A stretch of 64,000 nucleotides of DNA from Chloropicon primus (lineage: Eukaryota). Both the position numbers and the translations under genes were made by a program. The stretch spans positions 1,550,001-1,614,000 of the forward strand of contig CP060754.1 of NCBI GenBank assembly GCA_023205875.1. Direction: 5' to 3'. Positions 39,078 through 49,724 of this stretch are shown in pieces. The notes beneath the pieces are model-generated. The model was given only the letters and a program-made list of their open reading frames with translations, had not been told where the DNA came from and did no database searches. Positions within the stretch are counted from its first letter, which is position 1, and each line of letters begins with the position of its first letter.

Positions 39078-40880
39078 TCAGACGTAGTACATTCTCGGCT
39101 TCGACTTTCCTTTCCCTCTTCCGCCCCGAGACGCGGGAGGAGGGGTCCTCGCCGCCTGCTGAGCGGTGGATTTCCTCGACGAGGAGGAGGCCATAGACTG
39201 CTGCAGGACGCTCTGGGCGTTCTGGAGCTTTTGCGTTGCCAGGCGAATCTCCGCAAAGGGGTCGTCTGGCTGCACGGCCAGGGAGAAAGGCACCGGCTGG
39301 ATGCTTGGCTCGGCCTGCCCAGCGCCGGGGCTCTTCCAAGGCTGCTGCTGGTCCAAGCCCGGGCTCTGGTCCGTTGGGCTGTGCGGGTAGGCTCCAGGAC
39401 TTGAGGACGTCGCCTGCATCGCCTGGCTGAACGCTGAGGCGAGGGCACTCGCGTCCTGCACCCCAACTTCCCCGCCGGCTTTGCCACCGCCAGCGGTCAA
39501 GGAGAGAATCTGCTGCAGCGTCGATGTCAGCGCTTGCAGGTCCTCCTCCTTCTTCCTCACCTCGCTCTGCAGCTTCTCCTCCCTCTCGCTCCTGCCAGCG
39601 TCTGCCTTGGCCTTCGACTTGAGCATCAGGTCGTCCAGCGTCGAGCTCATCGCGCTGATCACCTCCTCCTTCTTCGAAAGCTCCAATTCCAAATTTTTCT
39701 CCCTCGGAGTTTTCCCGCCCTGTCCCATCGACCCGAAGAGCCCCGCACCCCCCCTCTCGCTGCTCAGGTTTTCCAAAGTATCGCTCATGGCGCTCAGCTC
39801 CCTGTTCTTCTTGATCAGCTCGGACTCCAAGAACCTCTCCCGGACGCGGGGGGCAGGGCTGCTCACCACCCCCCGTGCGGGACTCAAGTGGCTGCTCAGA
39901 GTCGCATCCCTCAGCGACGGGCTCTTGGCCTCACCTCCAAACAAATCTTTGGGCGATTTCCTCTCCGAAAAGGTGGTCGGAGTGTCCAGGAAACCCGTTC
40001 TCGCACGCCTCTCCCTTTCTTGCTTGAACCCGCTGAACCCGCTTTGCAGCGGGCTCCTCAGCTTTGACGGTGAGTACGACGACTGCTTCTCGGTGTTGAA
40101 ACCCCAGCGCTGCAAAATCCTGGAGTCCTCGTCGAGGCCTGCGGCCGCGCGGGAAGGCGTGAAGCCGTGACCCTTGGCTGGTGCAGACGAAGAGGGGATA
40201 GGCGAGGCGAAGACTGAGGCTGCCTTTGGAGTCTTGTGACCCCCTGGAGTCGATAAGCCAAACGGGGTGGCCGCCGCGGCTTGAGCTGGTGGCAGGCCGT
40301 CACCCTCAAGGGCGGCCTTCCTCTCGAGAGCCGCACACTTTTGTTTCAGCTGGTAAATTTCGACCTCCTGCTTCGCCATCCTGTTTGTAGCGTGCTCCAG
40401 CTCCACGTTGTTCGTGTACAGCTTCTGCTGGTACTCGGTTCTTGTGGTGAGAACGTCGTCGGGGTCATCCACAGCCATGACTTGCCCCCCGCGGACGGAT
40501 CTGCTGGCAGGCATGGAGTTGGCCGTGTACATCCCATCCCCATGAAAGTGCAGCTTCCTTTGACTATAGGGGCTGCTTGCCGAGTACGCCCGGGATGGCG
40601 GAACCGAACCCAAACTGTTGATGAACTGGTTGAGAGTTCTCTCCTGATTCTCCAGCACCGGGTCGCGCATCGAGGGAGTTGACGACGTGGAAGCCCGAGC
40701 ATCGCCATGGCTATATTGAGGCGCGTTGACGACGACCTGTTTCTTGTGAAGCTTGAGCGTCTCAATCGATTTGTCCAGCCTGTTCTGCAGCTCCATGAGC
40801 ACAGCGCTCTCCTCTTTCAACTCCTTCAGCTGCTCCTTCAGGACACCCGCCCCAACCTTCCTTTGACCCGAACGCTCCAT
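39078..40880 (-). CDS. Uncharacterised coiled-coil protein with SP/TP-rich disordered regions
   Basis: About 600-aa ORF with three related helices (ELIKKNRELSAMSDTLE, ELSKKEEVISAMSSTLD, EVRKKEEDLQALTSTLQ) and many S/T-P sites. Confidence 0.7.
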   Translation of the reverse strand: MERSGQRKVGAGVLKEQLKELKEESAVLMELQNRLDKSIETLKLHKKQVVVNAPQYSHGDARASTSSTPSMRDPVLENQERTLNQFINSLGSVPPSRAYSASSPYSQRKLHFHGDGMYTANSMPASRSVRGGQVMAVDDPDDVLTTRTEYQQKLYTNNVELEHATNRMAKQEVEIYQLKQKCAALERKAALEGDGLPPAQAAAATPFGLSTPGGHKTPKAASVFASPIPSSSAPAKGHGFTPSRAAAGLDEDSRILQRWGFNTEKQSSYSPSKLRSPLQSGFSGFKQERERRARTGFLDTPTTFSERKSPKDLFGGEAKSPSLRDATLSSHLSPARGVVSSPAPRVRERFLESELIKKNRELSAMSDTLENLSSERGGAGLFGSMGQGGKTPREKNLELELSKKEEVISAMSSTLDDLMLKSKAKADAGRSEREEKLQSEVRKKEEDLQALTSTLQQILSLTAGGGKAGGEVGVQDASALASAFSQAMQATSSSPGAYPHSPTDQSPGLDQQQPWKSPGAGQAEPSIQPVPFSLAVQPDDPFAEIRLATQKLQNAQSVLQQSMASSSSRKSTAQQAARTPPPASRGGRGKGKSKPRMYYV

Positions 40881-41222
40881 GATGGCACCGCCGCCTCTTC
40901 CTTGGATTGCGCCCTCTGTCGGTCTCTCTCTTGCGCCCTTCTCTTCTTCTAGGCACCCCTTGTTCGAACGCAATGTATCAATGCGTCAACCTGAAACCCC
41001 AAATTCAGAGACACGCTGCGCCCCTTTCGGCAGAACGGGCGGGTGAGAGATGGACAGAGGCCTCGTCTCGTTGCCCCCCTTCCCATTTACCAGCCCCTTG
41101 CTCCACCCCACCTTGAGCACGTTGTCCCCGTAGCAAGGACACCTCTTTTTTCCCTCTGTCCTCTGTCCTCTCCCCAAGGTGGATCCAATCGATTCTTAAT
41201 TCAGATTAATAGCCGGTCAAGT

Positions 41223-42638
41223 CTAATATCGTGGTGAAGCAGGCTCGGAGAAGATGCCGCCCTGGGGATGCTCTTTCCATCTCGCGATGACAAACCTGCT
41301 GAAAGCACCCATTCTCAAGTATCTGTTGACGTCCAAGTCAGCCGCCTGGAGTTTCACTCCTCCGTGACTAAAGTACTCTTTGAAGTCCGCGTTCAGTTTG
41401 TCGTTGCAGTGCTTGTGAACGTAACGCACGAGGCTTTGCTCTATCTTTCCTTGGTCAGAGGTGCTGAGGAGCCCGGAATAAACCTCCTTGAGCATGAGGA
41501 AGCAGTTCTCCACGTCCCTGCTGGACTGCTGCCTCGCCTCCTCGTCCAGCAGGGCCCCAGCCCCAGCCAAAATGCTTCGAGTCATCTGTGCGGAGAGCCT
41601 GTCCAAGGTCCCCAGGACCACATTCTCCTCCTTTTCAGACTTAGCTTCGAAGTCCCAGCGAAGTTCTTCGCGGTGCGTGCTGCTCTGCTCCGGCACATTG
41701 ATCCCAAACCTCGGGGTGAGGGCCAGGATTCTCTGCTGCGCACGTAGCTTGGACACGTAGGCGCTCAGTCTCGCGCCCTTCTTCGGCTTTGTGATGAACT
41801 TGTGGTCCAGAAGATCCTGGACGGTGGGCCTCCTCCGCGGGTCCCGCTTCAAGCACAGAGAAACAAAGTCCCGAAAAGCCTCGCTCAGATTCTTTGGGAT
41901 GGGCACGGGGCTCCCCCCCTCCAGCGAAGAGGCGGGCCGCTCGGGAGGTGGAGGCCCCCCCGTCGCCATCTCCAGTGCCGTCATGCCCACCGACCAAATG
42001 TCCTGGCTCGTGGAGCTCGGATCCTCTTGGTCGCCCCTCGAAGCGTAAGGTGACCCCGCCTCCCCGTCGTCCTCCTCCCCGGGCACGTCCGGCCTCGTCC
42101 TCCTCCCGAGGACCTCAGGCGCAGCCCAGTAGGGAAGCTCCGCGGGAACGGGGTGGCCATCCTCCCACGTGAAGAGGGTGTCGAAGATCCTCGGCTGCCC
42201 GAGCTTCATCACGTTGCCCGACTTGCTCAACAGGACACTCGCTGCCTTGACGTTCCTGTGGGCAACGCTCCTGCCGTGCAGGTAGCGGAGACCCGCGAGC
42301 ACCACGCGGATGGCCTCGCTCACCGCGGCCTCGCTCATGGGCTGCGCAGAAGCCTGCAGAACGTCGCTCATCGAGTGGTCCAAGTACTCCGACACGATGC
42401 AGAGCTTCGTGGTCCGAGGAAGAACGTACGAGCTCACGAAGGCCTTGACGTGCGGACTCCTGCACTGCGAGTACTGCGCGATCCGTTTCGAACCTGATCC
42501 AAGCGACTTGCGGTCCACGTTCTCGACATCCACGACGTGAATGGCGACCGTCCTCCCCGTTTGGTCGTCCTCGCCCAGGAACACGTCCCCCGTCCCCGAG
42601 TGCGCGATGCACCGGACCAGCGTGTACGTGCTTCTCAT
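41223..42638 (-). CDS. STE20/GCK-family kinase-fold protein with degenerate catalytic motifs (pseudokinase)
   Basis: Kinase fold present (PYWAAPEV, DIWSVGMTALEMATG.PP, FRDFVSLCL..DP..RPT), but with VAIH, HRNVKAAS and KLGQP in place of the catalytic motifs. Confidence 0.82.
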   Translation of the reverse strand: MRSTYTLVRCIAHSGTGDVFLGEDDQTGRTVAIHVVDVENVDRKSLGSGSKRIAQYSQCRSPHVKAFVSSYVLPRTTKLCIVSEYLDHSMSDVLQASAQPMSEAAVSEAIRVVLAGLRYLHGRSVAHRNVKAASVLLSKSGNVMKLGQPRIFDTLFTWEDGHPVPAELPYWAAPEVLGRRTRPDVPGEEDDGEAGSPYASRGDQEDPSSTSQDIWSVGMTALEMATGGPPPPERPASSLEGGSPVPIPKNLSEAFRDFVSLCLKRDPRRRPTVQDLLDHKFITKPKKGARLSAYVSKLRAQQRILALTPRFGINVPEQSSTHREELRWDFEAKSEKEENVVLGTLDRLSAQMTRSILAGAGALLDEEARQQSSRDVENCFLMLKEVYSGLLSTSDQGKIEQSLVRYVHKHCNDKLNADFKEYFSHGGVKLQAADLDVNRYLRMGAFSRFVIARWKEHPQGGIFSEPASPRY

Positions 42639-42904
42639 CGCCGTCGTCGTCCCAACCAACCAACCAACCAACCCCCTTCCTCCTCCGACGACCGCCCCAC
42701 CTGTCTGTCGCCGCAAAAAAAAATAACGCTCGAGGAGCGATCTCATCTCGACGACGACGAGGAGGAGGAGGATGGGGAAGCACCACCAAGGTCGGCGGTC
42801 CAAGGCGGCGTGGCGGGTAGTGCGGGGCTTGCTCAAGTCAATTGTAAGTCGTATGATACACTTTTATTCTCCTATTTATTGCCCCGTTCGCTGCTCGTTT
42901 GCGA

Positions 42905-44575
42905 TCAGCAACCGTAGATGCGGAGGTTGTGATCCGAGTTGGAGCCCACGTAGAGGTTCTTGGCCAGGGTGCCAAAGTTCAGGCAGCTGACCCCCTTGGT
43001 CGTGGTGCTGGGAACGTCCTGGAAGCCGCCCTCCTGTCCCAGGAGGGGGGACCAGCTCTGCTTCGAGCCGTAGACCTGCACCGCGCCGCCGACGCCGACG
43101 CCGAGGTAGGCACCGCTCGAGTCAAACGTGGCCACGACCTTTGGCGGCTTCTTGCCGAACTTCTTGCCGGACACCAGGGGGGCCAGGTCTATCGTGTGCA
43201 CGTTGGCCAGCTTCCTGAGGTCCCAGATCTTGCAGCCCTCGGAGTGGTCCGAGCTCGCCGTCGCCATGTAGTAGCCGTTCTCCGAGAAGCACAAGGACGA
43301 TACGCTCCCCTTGTGGCCCTGCATCTTCGCCACGCTCTTCTGCGTCTTTACGTCCCAGATGAGAACATCTCCGCCGCTCTCCGCGCTGGTCCCGGTGCCC
43401 AGGAGGATGCCATCCGGGTGGAAGGTGCCGCACGTGAAGCCCACACCCTCGCCCGCGGTCGTGGTGCTCAGCTTCAGTCCCTCGAGGAGATCGTAGAAGA
43501 TCCAGCTCCCGTCCTTGCCAAAGGTCACCAAGTAGTCTCCGCAGGCCTGCTTGTCCACCCCCACGACCTCGCTGGAGTGGTCGCTCAGGGTGTAGAGGAG
43601 GTCGTACGAGTACGCCTTGGTCTTGCTCTCACCTGCGTTCTTCCACACCTTGCAAGTCTTGTCGACGGAGCAGGTGCCGACCAAATCGAGGGAAGACAGG
43701 AGCTTGATCGACGTGATGGCCTTTCCGTGGGCCTTGACCGCGTCGCTCGACGCTTTCCTCGCGCTCATGTCGAAGACTTTGAACTTTCCGTCAGCTCCCC
43801 CGGTGACCAAGTTCCCGCTCTCGCCGTCCGTGTCCATGCACGTGATACCTCGGGTGGGCCCGCTCGTGGTGTGGAGCGGGAACTTCCCGACGAGCTCGTA
43901 GCTCGAGCTCAGGCTCTCGAGGCTCGTCAGCCCATCGGGCAGGGGCCTCTTCTTCCTGGTCTTCGCCAGAGCCTTCGCAGTCGTCATGATCTTTTCCACC
44001 ACCTCCTTCGTGATCCCGCTCTTGGAGACCTTCTTCGCCTCCTCGCCGTCCTCCTCCCCCCTCTCGCGCTTCCCAGAAGCGTTTCCCGCGTTGTTCTCCA
44101 CCTCCATGGCCTGCGACGGCGCCGCCCCGGCACTCGAGTGCCCCCCAGCCCCGGCCTTAAGGCTCGACAGGGCCGCCTTCGCCTCGTCCCTCTCTTTGAT
44201 CAACCTCGCCACCACCCTGCACGCCGCGTCGTGCATGTAAAGCGTCTGGCTCAGCTCCTCACGCGTCGAGTAGTTCTCCTTCCTCAATTTGTGAGCCTCA
44301 AGCATCACGGCGTCCCACTCGTTCTGAAGCAGGCTCAAGAGACCAGGCACGCTCGCCGTCTGCGTCGTCCTCGGCTTCAGGTTCCCTGCACCCGGCGCGG
44401 CGCGCAACTCCAAGACGTTCTCCTTCGGGTCGTACGCCTCACCCGTCGTCGGACAGACGTACCCATGCTCCTGCGCGTACTTCTCCAACAAGTCTTTGTC
44501 GTACGTGTACCCACTCGTCGTTATCACCACCCCCTTTCCCGTCAACTCTCCGCTTATGCCGCACAACGCCGTCAT
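42905..44575 (-). CDS. PRP19: Pre-mRNA-processing factor 19 (U-box + coiled coil + WD40)
   Basis: CGISGE...CPTTGE, TASVPGLLSLLQNEWDAVMLE, ELSQTLYMHDAACRVVARL, FHPDGILLGTG, FSENGYYMAT. Confidence 0.96.
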   Translation of the reverse strand: MTALCGISGELTGKGVVITTSGYTYDKDLLEKYAQEHGYVCPTTGEAYDPKENVLELRAAPGAGNLKPRTTQTASVPGLLSLLQNEWDAVMLEAHKLRKENYSTREELSQTLYMHDAACRVVARLIKERDEAKAALSSLKAGAGGHSSAGAAPSQAMEVENNAGNASGKRERGEEDGEEAKKVSKSGITKEVVEKIMTTAKALAKTRKKRPLPDGLTSLESLSSSYELVGKFPLHTTSGPTRGITCMDTDGESGNLVTGGADGKFKVFDMSARKASSDAVKAHGKAITSIKLLSSLDLVGTCSVDKTCKVWKNAGESKTKAYSYDLLYTLSDHSSEVVGVDKQACGDYLVTFGKDGSWIFYDLLEGLKLSTTTAGEGVGFTCGTFHPDGILLGTGTSAESGGDVLIWDVKTQKSVAKMQGHKGSVSSLCFSENGYYMATASSDHSEGCKIWDLRKLANVHTIDLAPLVSGKKFGKKPPKVVATFDSSGAYLGVGVGGAVQVYGSKQSWSPLLGQEGGFQDVPSTTTKGVSCLNFGTLAKNLYVGSNSDHNLRIYGC

Positions 44576-44816
44576 CCCTCTCTGCTCTCTCTCCGCGACC
44601 ACTCCACAACTCCGCGCACAAAATTGGGCAACCGACCCGTCGATCGAAAGCCCGCGAGAAGACGCTTCGATCTGTCCAAACCTTCCTCACCCAATCCCTC
44701 GTCCTCGTCCTCCGTTCCCGTCCTCTTCCTCTCAGCACCAGCTACGACACCTCCACCGATCGATCGATCTCCTCTCAAGGGTTTCAGAAAAAAACAGAGC
44801 GCAGAGGAAGCGAGCG

Positions 44817-44880
44817 AGAGACAGAGAGAGAGACAGAGGGAGAGACAGAGGGAGAGACAGAGGGAGAGACAGAGGGAGAG
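44817..44880. repeat. AG-rich 12-bp tandem repeat (gagagacagagg) between PRP19 and PSMB3
   Basis: About five copies by direct inspection. Confidence 0.85.
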
Positions 44881-44896
44881 AAGGGGAAGGGAAGCC

Positions 44897-45977
44897 ATGT
44901 CGGTAAGTGCGAGGGGAGGACCAGGAATCGCGTGTCATCGCCCGCGTCGGACCGTGCAAGCGTCCAGGACGAGACAGAGGCAGAGACAGACGGAGAGGGA
45001 GAGAGAGAGAGATCTACCTTACGTCGTTGTCATTGTCGTCGTCGGTGTTTTGTTTCGCTTTGTTTTGCTTCGTGGGAGGCCGATCTCTCAGAAGGGGAGG
45101 AGGGGTGTGCTGACGTGACGTCTGTTTTCCGCGTTCTGCGTCTTTCAAAAGATTTCCACGTACAACGGTGCTGCTATTATTGCCATGAGCGGGAAGGACT
45201 GTGTCGCGATCGGATGCGATCTTCGGCTCGGTATTCAGAACCAGACGCTGGCAACAGACTTCAAGAAGGTGTACAAGATCCACGACAGGTACGAGGATCG
45301 AAGCAAGTGCCGAGCTGCTCCCTCTTTCTTCCGCTCGTGTATCGATCTCTGACGCGTCGAAACCCTTTCCCGTTGTTGTCTTTTTGTCTCACCGATAACA
45401 ATAGGCTTTACTTGGGTCTCGCCGGGCTGGCGACCGACGCCCTCACGCTGAACCAGAGGTTTCAATTCAAGCACAACATGTACAAGCTCAGGGAGGAGAG
45501 AAACATGAACCCGGCCACGTTTGCACACATGGTTTCCAAGACTCTGTACGAGAAGCGGTTCGGCCCTTACTTTGTCGAGCCCGTGATCGCTGGGATCGAC
45601 GACGACGGAACGCCTTACATCACCGGCATGGACTCCCTCGGCGCCATGGAGACCAGCAAGGACTTCATGGTGGCGGGAACGGCGCCAAATTCTTTGTGGG
45701 GTGTCTGCGAGTCCTTCTACAGGCCAAACTTGGGTCCCGAGGAGCTCTTTGAGACCATCTCCCAGTGCCTCCTGAGCGGAGTGGACAGAGACGCCCTCTC
45801 GGGTTGGGGTGCGGTGGTCTACGTCATGTAAGTTTCAAGGGCAACGGCGCGCAACGGGTTTTGGTGTTCTGGATCGACCCTTTTCTGACTCTCTGCCTTT
45901 TCTTTCATGCGCGCGCACACACACACAGAGCCAAGGACAAGTCATTCGTGAAAACGTTGAAGGGGAGGATGGACTAG
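44897..45977 (+). CDS. PSMB3: 20S proteasome subunit beta-3; exons 44897-44902, 45152-45288, 45405-45827, 45929-45977 (204 aa)
   Basis: MS|ISTYNGAAIIAMSGKDCVAIGCDLRLG...GLAGLATD...LYEKRFGPYFVEPVIAG...DRDALSGWG...TLKGRMD. Intron phases are consistent. Confidence 0.96.
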
Positions 45978-46391
45978 ATTGGGATGGTGGTAGCGAGGGT
46001 GCGGAAGGGGGGGAGCGCGAAAGAAAGGCCTTCCGCGTCCCCCCTCTTCCTCGTCCTTGGGGAATGATGAGCGTCGTCCCGTGTACTGTCTTCCTAGTCG
46101 ATTCTAAAGAAAAAATATATTCTGCTGTACCATATGCGAGGAGAGCCCTTGTTTCTGCAACGCAAAGAGCAATTGTTTCTATATCGTGTTTTGAATTACA
46201 ATCTTATTTCCAAAGATGATGCCGCTTCCCTGCCCGCCCAACTGGTTCTCCGCGCAGTGTGTCTCATATAATTACTCTACGCTTTGAACGTCAAGAGCCA
46301 CGTCACACAAAAGAGAACGCGCGGCGGACAGAGAAAGAGAAAAGAATAATCGCTTTCTCCTGGGCACGACCCCCTGTCACCATCGTCGAGC

Positions 46392-47130
46392 TTATCTCCT
46401 TCCTCTCCTTCTGGAGGTCTTGGTGTGCTGACCCCTGACCTTGAGTCCCCACCAGTGCCTAATACCTCTGTGGGACCTGATCTTCTTCAGGCGCTCCAAG
46501 TCCTCACGAAGCTTGTTGTCCAAAGTGGACGAGATGATCTGGCCGTACCTGCCGTCCTTGAAGTCCTTTCTTCTGTTCAGGACGTAGTCAGGGATCTTGA
46601 AGGTCCTTGGGTTGGAGACGACAACCATGAACTGGTCAATCTCCTCCTGGGACAGCTCTCCCGCTCTCTTCGTTGGGTCGATCTCGGCCTTCTTAAGAGC
46701 TATGTTGCAGAAACGTCTTCCGATACCCTTGATGGACGTGAGGGCGAATCCGGCCTTCTGCTTTCCGTCAATGTTCGTGTTAGCAACACGAATCATGTGC
46801 TGGAAGCTCTCCTTGTTTGCTATGAGGGTCTGGAAAAAAGAAAGAAATCAAAAAGCAAAACCGTCAGCACGAGTGGTCACCACCCACACGAAACACGCGG
46901 AACGGTCCCGGGCGCGGACCGCCAGGCTTCCCGACAACGACGGCGTCCTTCTCCTTCCCTTCTTCCTCCCCACCCCTAGGACAGAGAGAGAGAAAGAAAG
47001 ACGCCTCGTCGTCGTCTCCCGACGGAAAGGCGCACGAAAAAAAAAAGAGGCGCTCCGTCGGATTCCGCTCCGTCCGTTCCTCCTCTCCCTCTCCCTCGCC
47101 CTCGTCCCTCGTCCCTCCACTTACCGCCAT
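46392..47130 (-). CDS. RPS18: 40S ribosomal protein S18 (uS13); exons 47130-47125, 46829-46392 (147 aa)
   Basis: [14 protein letters not shown]...IKGIGRRF...KRAGEL...[32 protein letters not shown]. Confidence 0.97.
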
Positions 47131-47625
47131 GGTCTCTCTCTTCTTCACTCCGTCGTCGACCTCTCTCTCTCCTTTCTGGTTGCTCCTCTCTTTTCCCTTT
47201 CCGCCGTCGTTCCTCCGCCGCCGCCTTTCGAAATTGAAATTTGAAATTTCACATTTCACATTTCATGTAGTACACCCCAAAATAACCCCCGTGTGGATAA
47301 GCTTTTTGCTCACGAGGAAAGATCAATCATTGGACGCTTCGTCGTCGCGATCGTCACGTCAGGTTCGACTCGATCGAGTCCTTGACCGCGTTGGGTTGGA
47401 AGGCTTCGCTTCCGAGGACCTCACCTTCACCTCGTTTGGTTTGGCTTCACTTCACTTGGCCTCGCCTCGCTTCACTCTTTTCAATAGAAATAGAATAGGG
47501 TCGAGCTCTTGCCTCTTCTCGGAGGACACACACACGCACACACACACACACTTGGTCTGGTTTGGCTTTCTCTTGTCGTCGTCGTTGTTGCTGCTGTCGT
47601 CGTTGTTGTTGTTTGGATTGGGGTC

Positions 47626-49607
47626 ATGATGGCGACGACGTCGTACAGGCTTTGGGCTCAGGCGTCCAGCAAGTTGTTGTCGTCGTCGAAGGCGGGGGGG
47701 TTGGGATCGAGGCTGCAGGGGGTCTCGAGGAGGCTGCTGTCGACGGCGACGACTGCGGGGGAGTACAACTACATTCTCGTAGGCGGGGGGACTGCGTCTT
47801 GCGTCCTCGCCAAGAGGCTCCTCGAGGCGAATCCGGACAACAAGATCTTAGTTTTAGAGGCGGGATCGGACGACTACGAGCACAAGTACATCAAGGTCCC
47901 TGCAGGTAAGTCGCGTGGTGAAGGGGGTGTTGTGAGGGGGGGTCTCTTATTACAACAGAAAATCTTAGACGGCGACGGCATTGGCGTCGTCGTCGGTCGC
48001 CTTACTATTACTACTCCTACTCCTACTCCTACTCCTTGGGTTTGCTAACTTTTTCTTGAAATTTGTTTCCTCTCTCTCTCTCTCTCTCTCTCTCAGCCAT
48101 CGGCCGGCTCTTCAAGTCCGACAAGGACTGGGACTACACATCGAGCAGCAGCACCGAGGCGGGCCTGAGCCCGACCCACGAGGGCGTGTACCTGTGCAGG
48201 GGCAAAGTGCTCGGCGGGTCCTCGTGCACGAACGTTCTCTTGTACAACAGGGGTTCGGCTAGAGATTACGATGGCTGGAAAGTGCCGGGCTGGAGCTCGA
48301 GGGATGTCTTGCAGTACTTCAAGAAGTCGGAGAACAACCACGCGGTGTCGAACGACAAGTTCCACGGCAAAGACGGGCCCTTCGACGTGGGAAACGTGCA
48401 GTACACCAACCCCCTGGTCGACACGTTCTTGGACGCCAGCGTCAAGATGGGGTTCAGGAGGAACAGCGACTTCAACGACTGGGATAACGGCCAGGACGGC
48501 GTGGGACCCTTTCACGTGGCCCAGAACAACGGGGTGAGGTCGAGCGCCGCCTCGAGCTACCTGTCCGGGGTCCAGGGGAAGCCCCGCCTGGAGGTGGTGA
48601 CGGGCGCCCACGTGTCCAAGCTGGACATCGACGCGGAGAACAAGGCAGCGAGGGGCGTCAACTACGTCAAGGACGGCAAGCAGCTCTCGGCGGGCATCAA
48701 GGAGGGGGGGGAGGTCATCCTCGCCGCGGGCTCGGTGGGATCGCCGCACCTCCTGATGCTGAGCGGCATCGGGCCGAAGAAGCACCTCGAGGAGCACGGG
48801 ATAGACTGTGTCGCCGATCTCCCGGTGGGAGAAAGCCTGCAAGATCACCCCGCCGCTGTCGTCGTGTACACCGTGGACCAGAAGGTCTCCGTCACGGACG
48901 AGTTCAAGCTCTTCGGAATCTCCAACCTCCCGAGCCCGATGCCTCTGCTCAAGTATCTGCTGAGCGGGACGGGGCCCATGACGTCGGTTGGTTGCGATTA
49001 CGGCGGGTTCTTCAAGACAAGCGAAGAGAAGGAGGACCCGGATCTGCAAATGAGGTTCATCGGTGCCCGAGCTCAGTCTCCCCTCGGAATCAGCAACTAC
49101 AGGGAGTATGCAGCCAAGTGGCTGAGCTGGCCCTCTGGATATACTTTCCAAAACATCTGCGTGAGACCCAAAAGCACTGGCCACGTCCGGCTGAAAAGCA
49201 GCAGCTACAAGGACAAGCCAGAGATCTCGACCGGTTACCTTTCCTCCGACGAGGATGTCAAGTCCCTCAGAAACGGAATCAAGCTGTCGAGAAAACTTGG
49301 AACGAGCGAGGAATTCAAGAAGTACAACCCCGTCGAGCTGTTCCCGGGGGCCCACGTCCAGACCGACGAGGAAATCGACGAGTACATCAGGAACTCTGCG
49401 CACAGTGGGAATGCTGTAGTGGGTTCCTGCAGAATGGGGGTCAACCCCAAGAGCGCTGTTGTCGACCCAGAGCTCAGGGTAATGGGCATCAAGGCATTGA
49501 GGGTTGTGGACTCGTCGGTTATGCCCGTTCTACCAGGGGGGCAGACGTGCTCCTCCACGCTGATGATCGCGGAGAAGGGAGCTGACTTGCTTGCCGACCA
49601 TGCATAA
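47626..49607 (+). CDS. FAP: Fatty acid photodecarboxylase (GMC oxidoreductase, FAP clade); exons 47626-47905, 48097-49607 (596 aa)
   Basis: [17 protein letters not shown] motif; FAP-type motifs [39 protein letters not shown] and PGGQT. It lacks the His/Asn catalytic pair of choline dehydrogenases. Confidence 0.85.
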
Positions 49608-49724
49608 GAGGTACAAGACAAGGGGGCAAAAATACAAAGTTCTCCTTTTAATACAAGTATAATTCGCGCTATACCCACCCGCCCACTCGGATCGGACCCC
49701 TGCTCCGCCCTTCTCTAACTAGCT

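Noticed and set aside
47626..49607. Ordinary choline dehydrogenase or glucose oxidase
   Set aside because: It lacks the C-terminal His/Asn(His) catalytic pair and has the FAP-specific Cys, Arg, HSxNA and GGQT.
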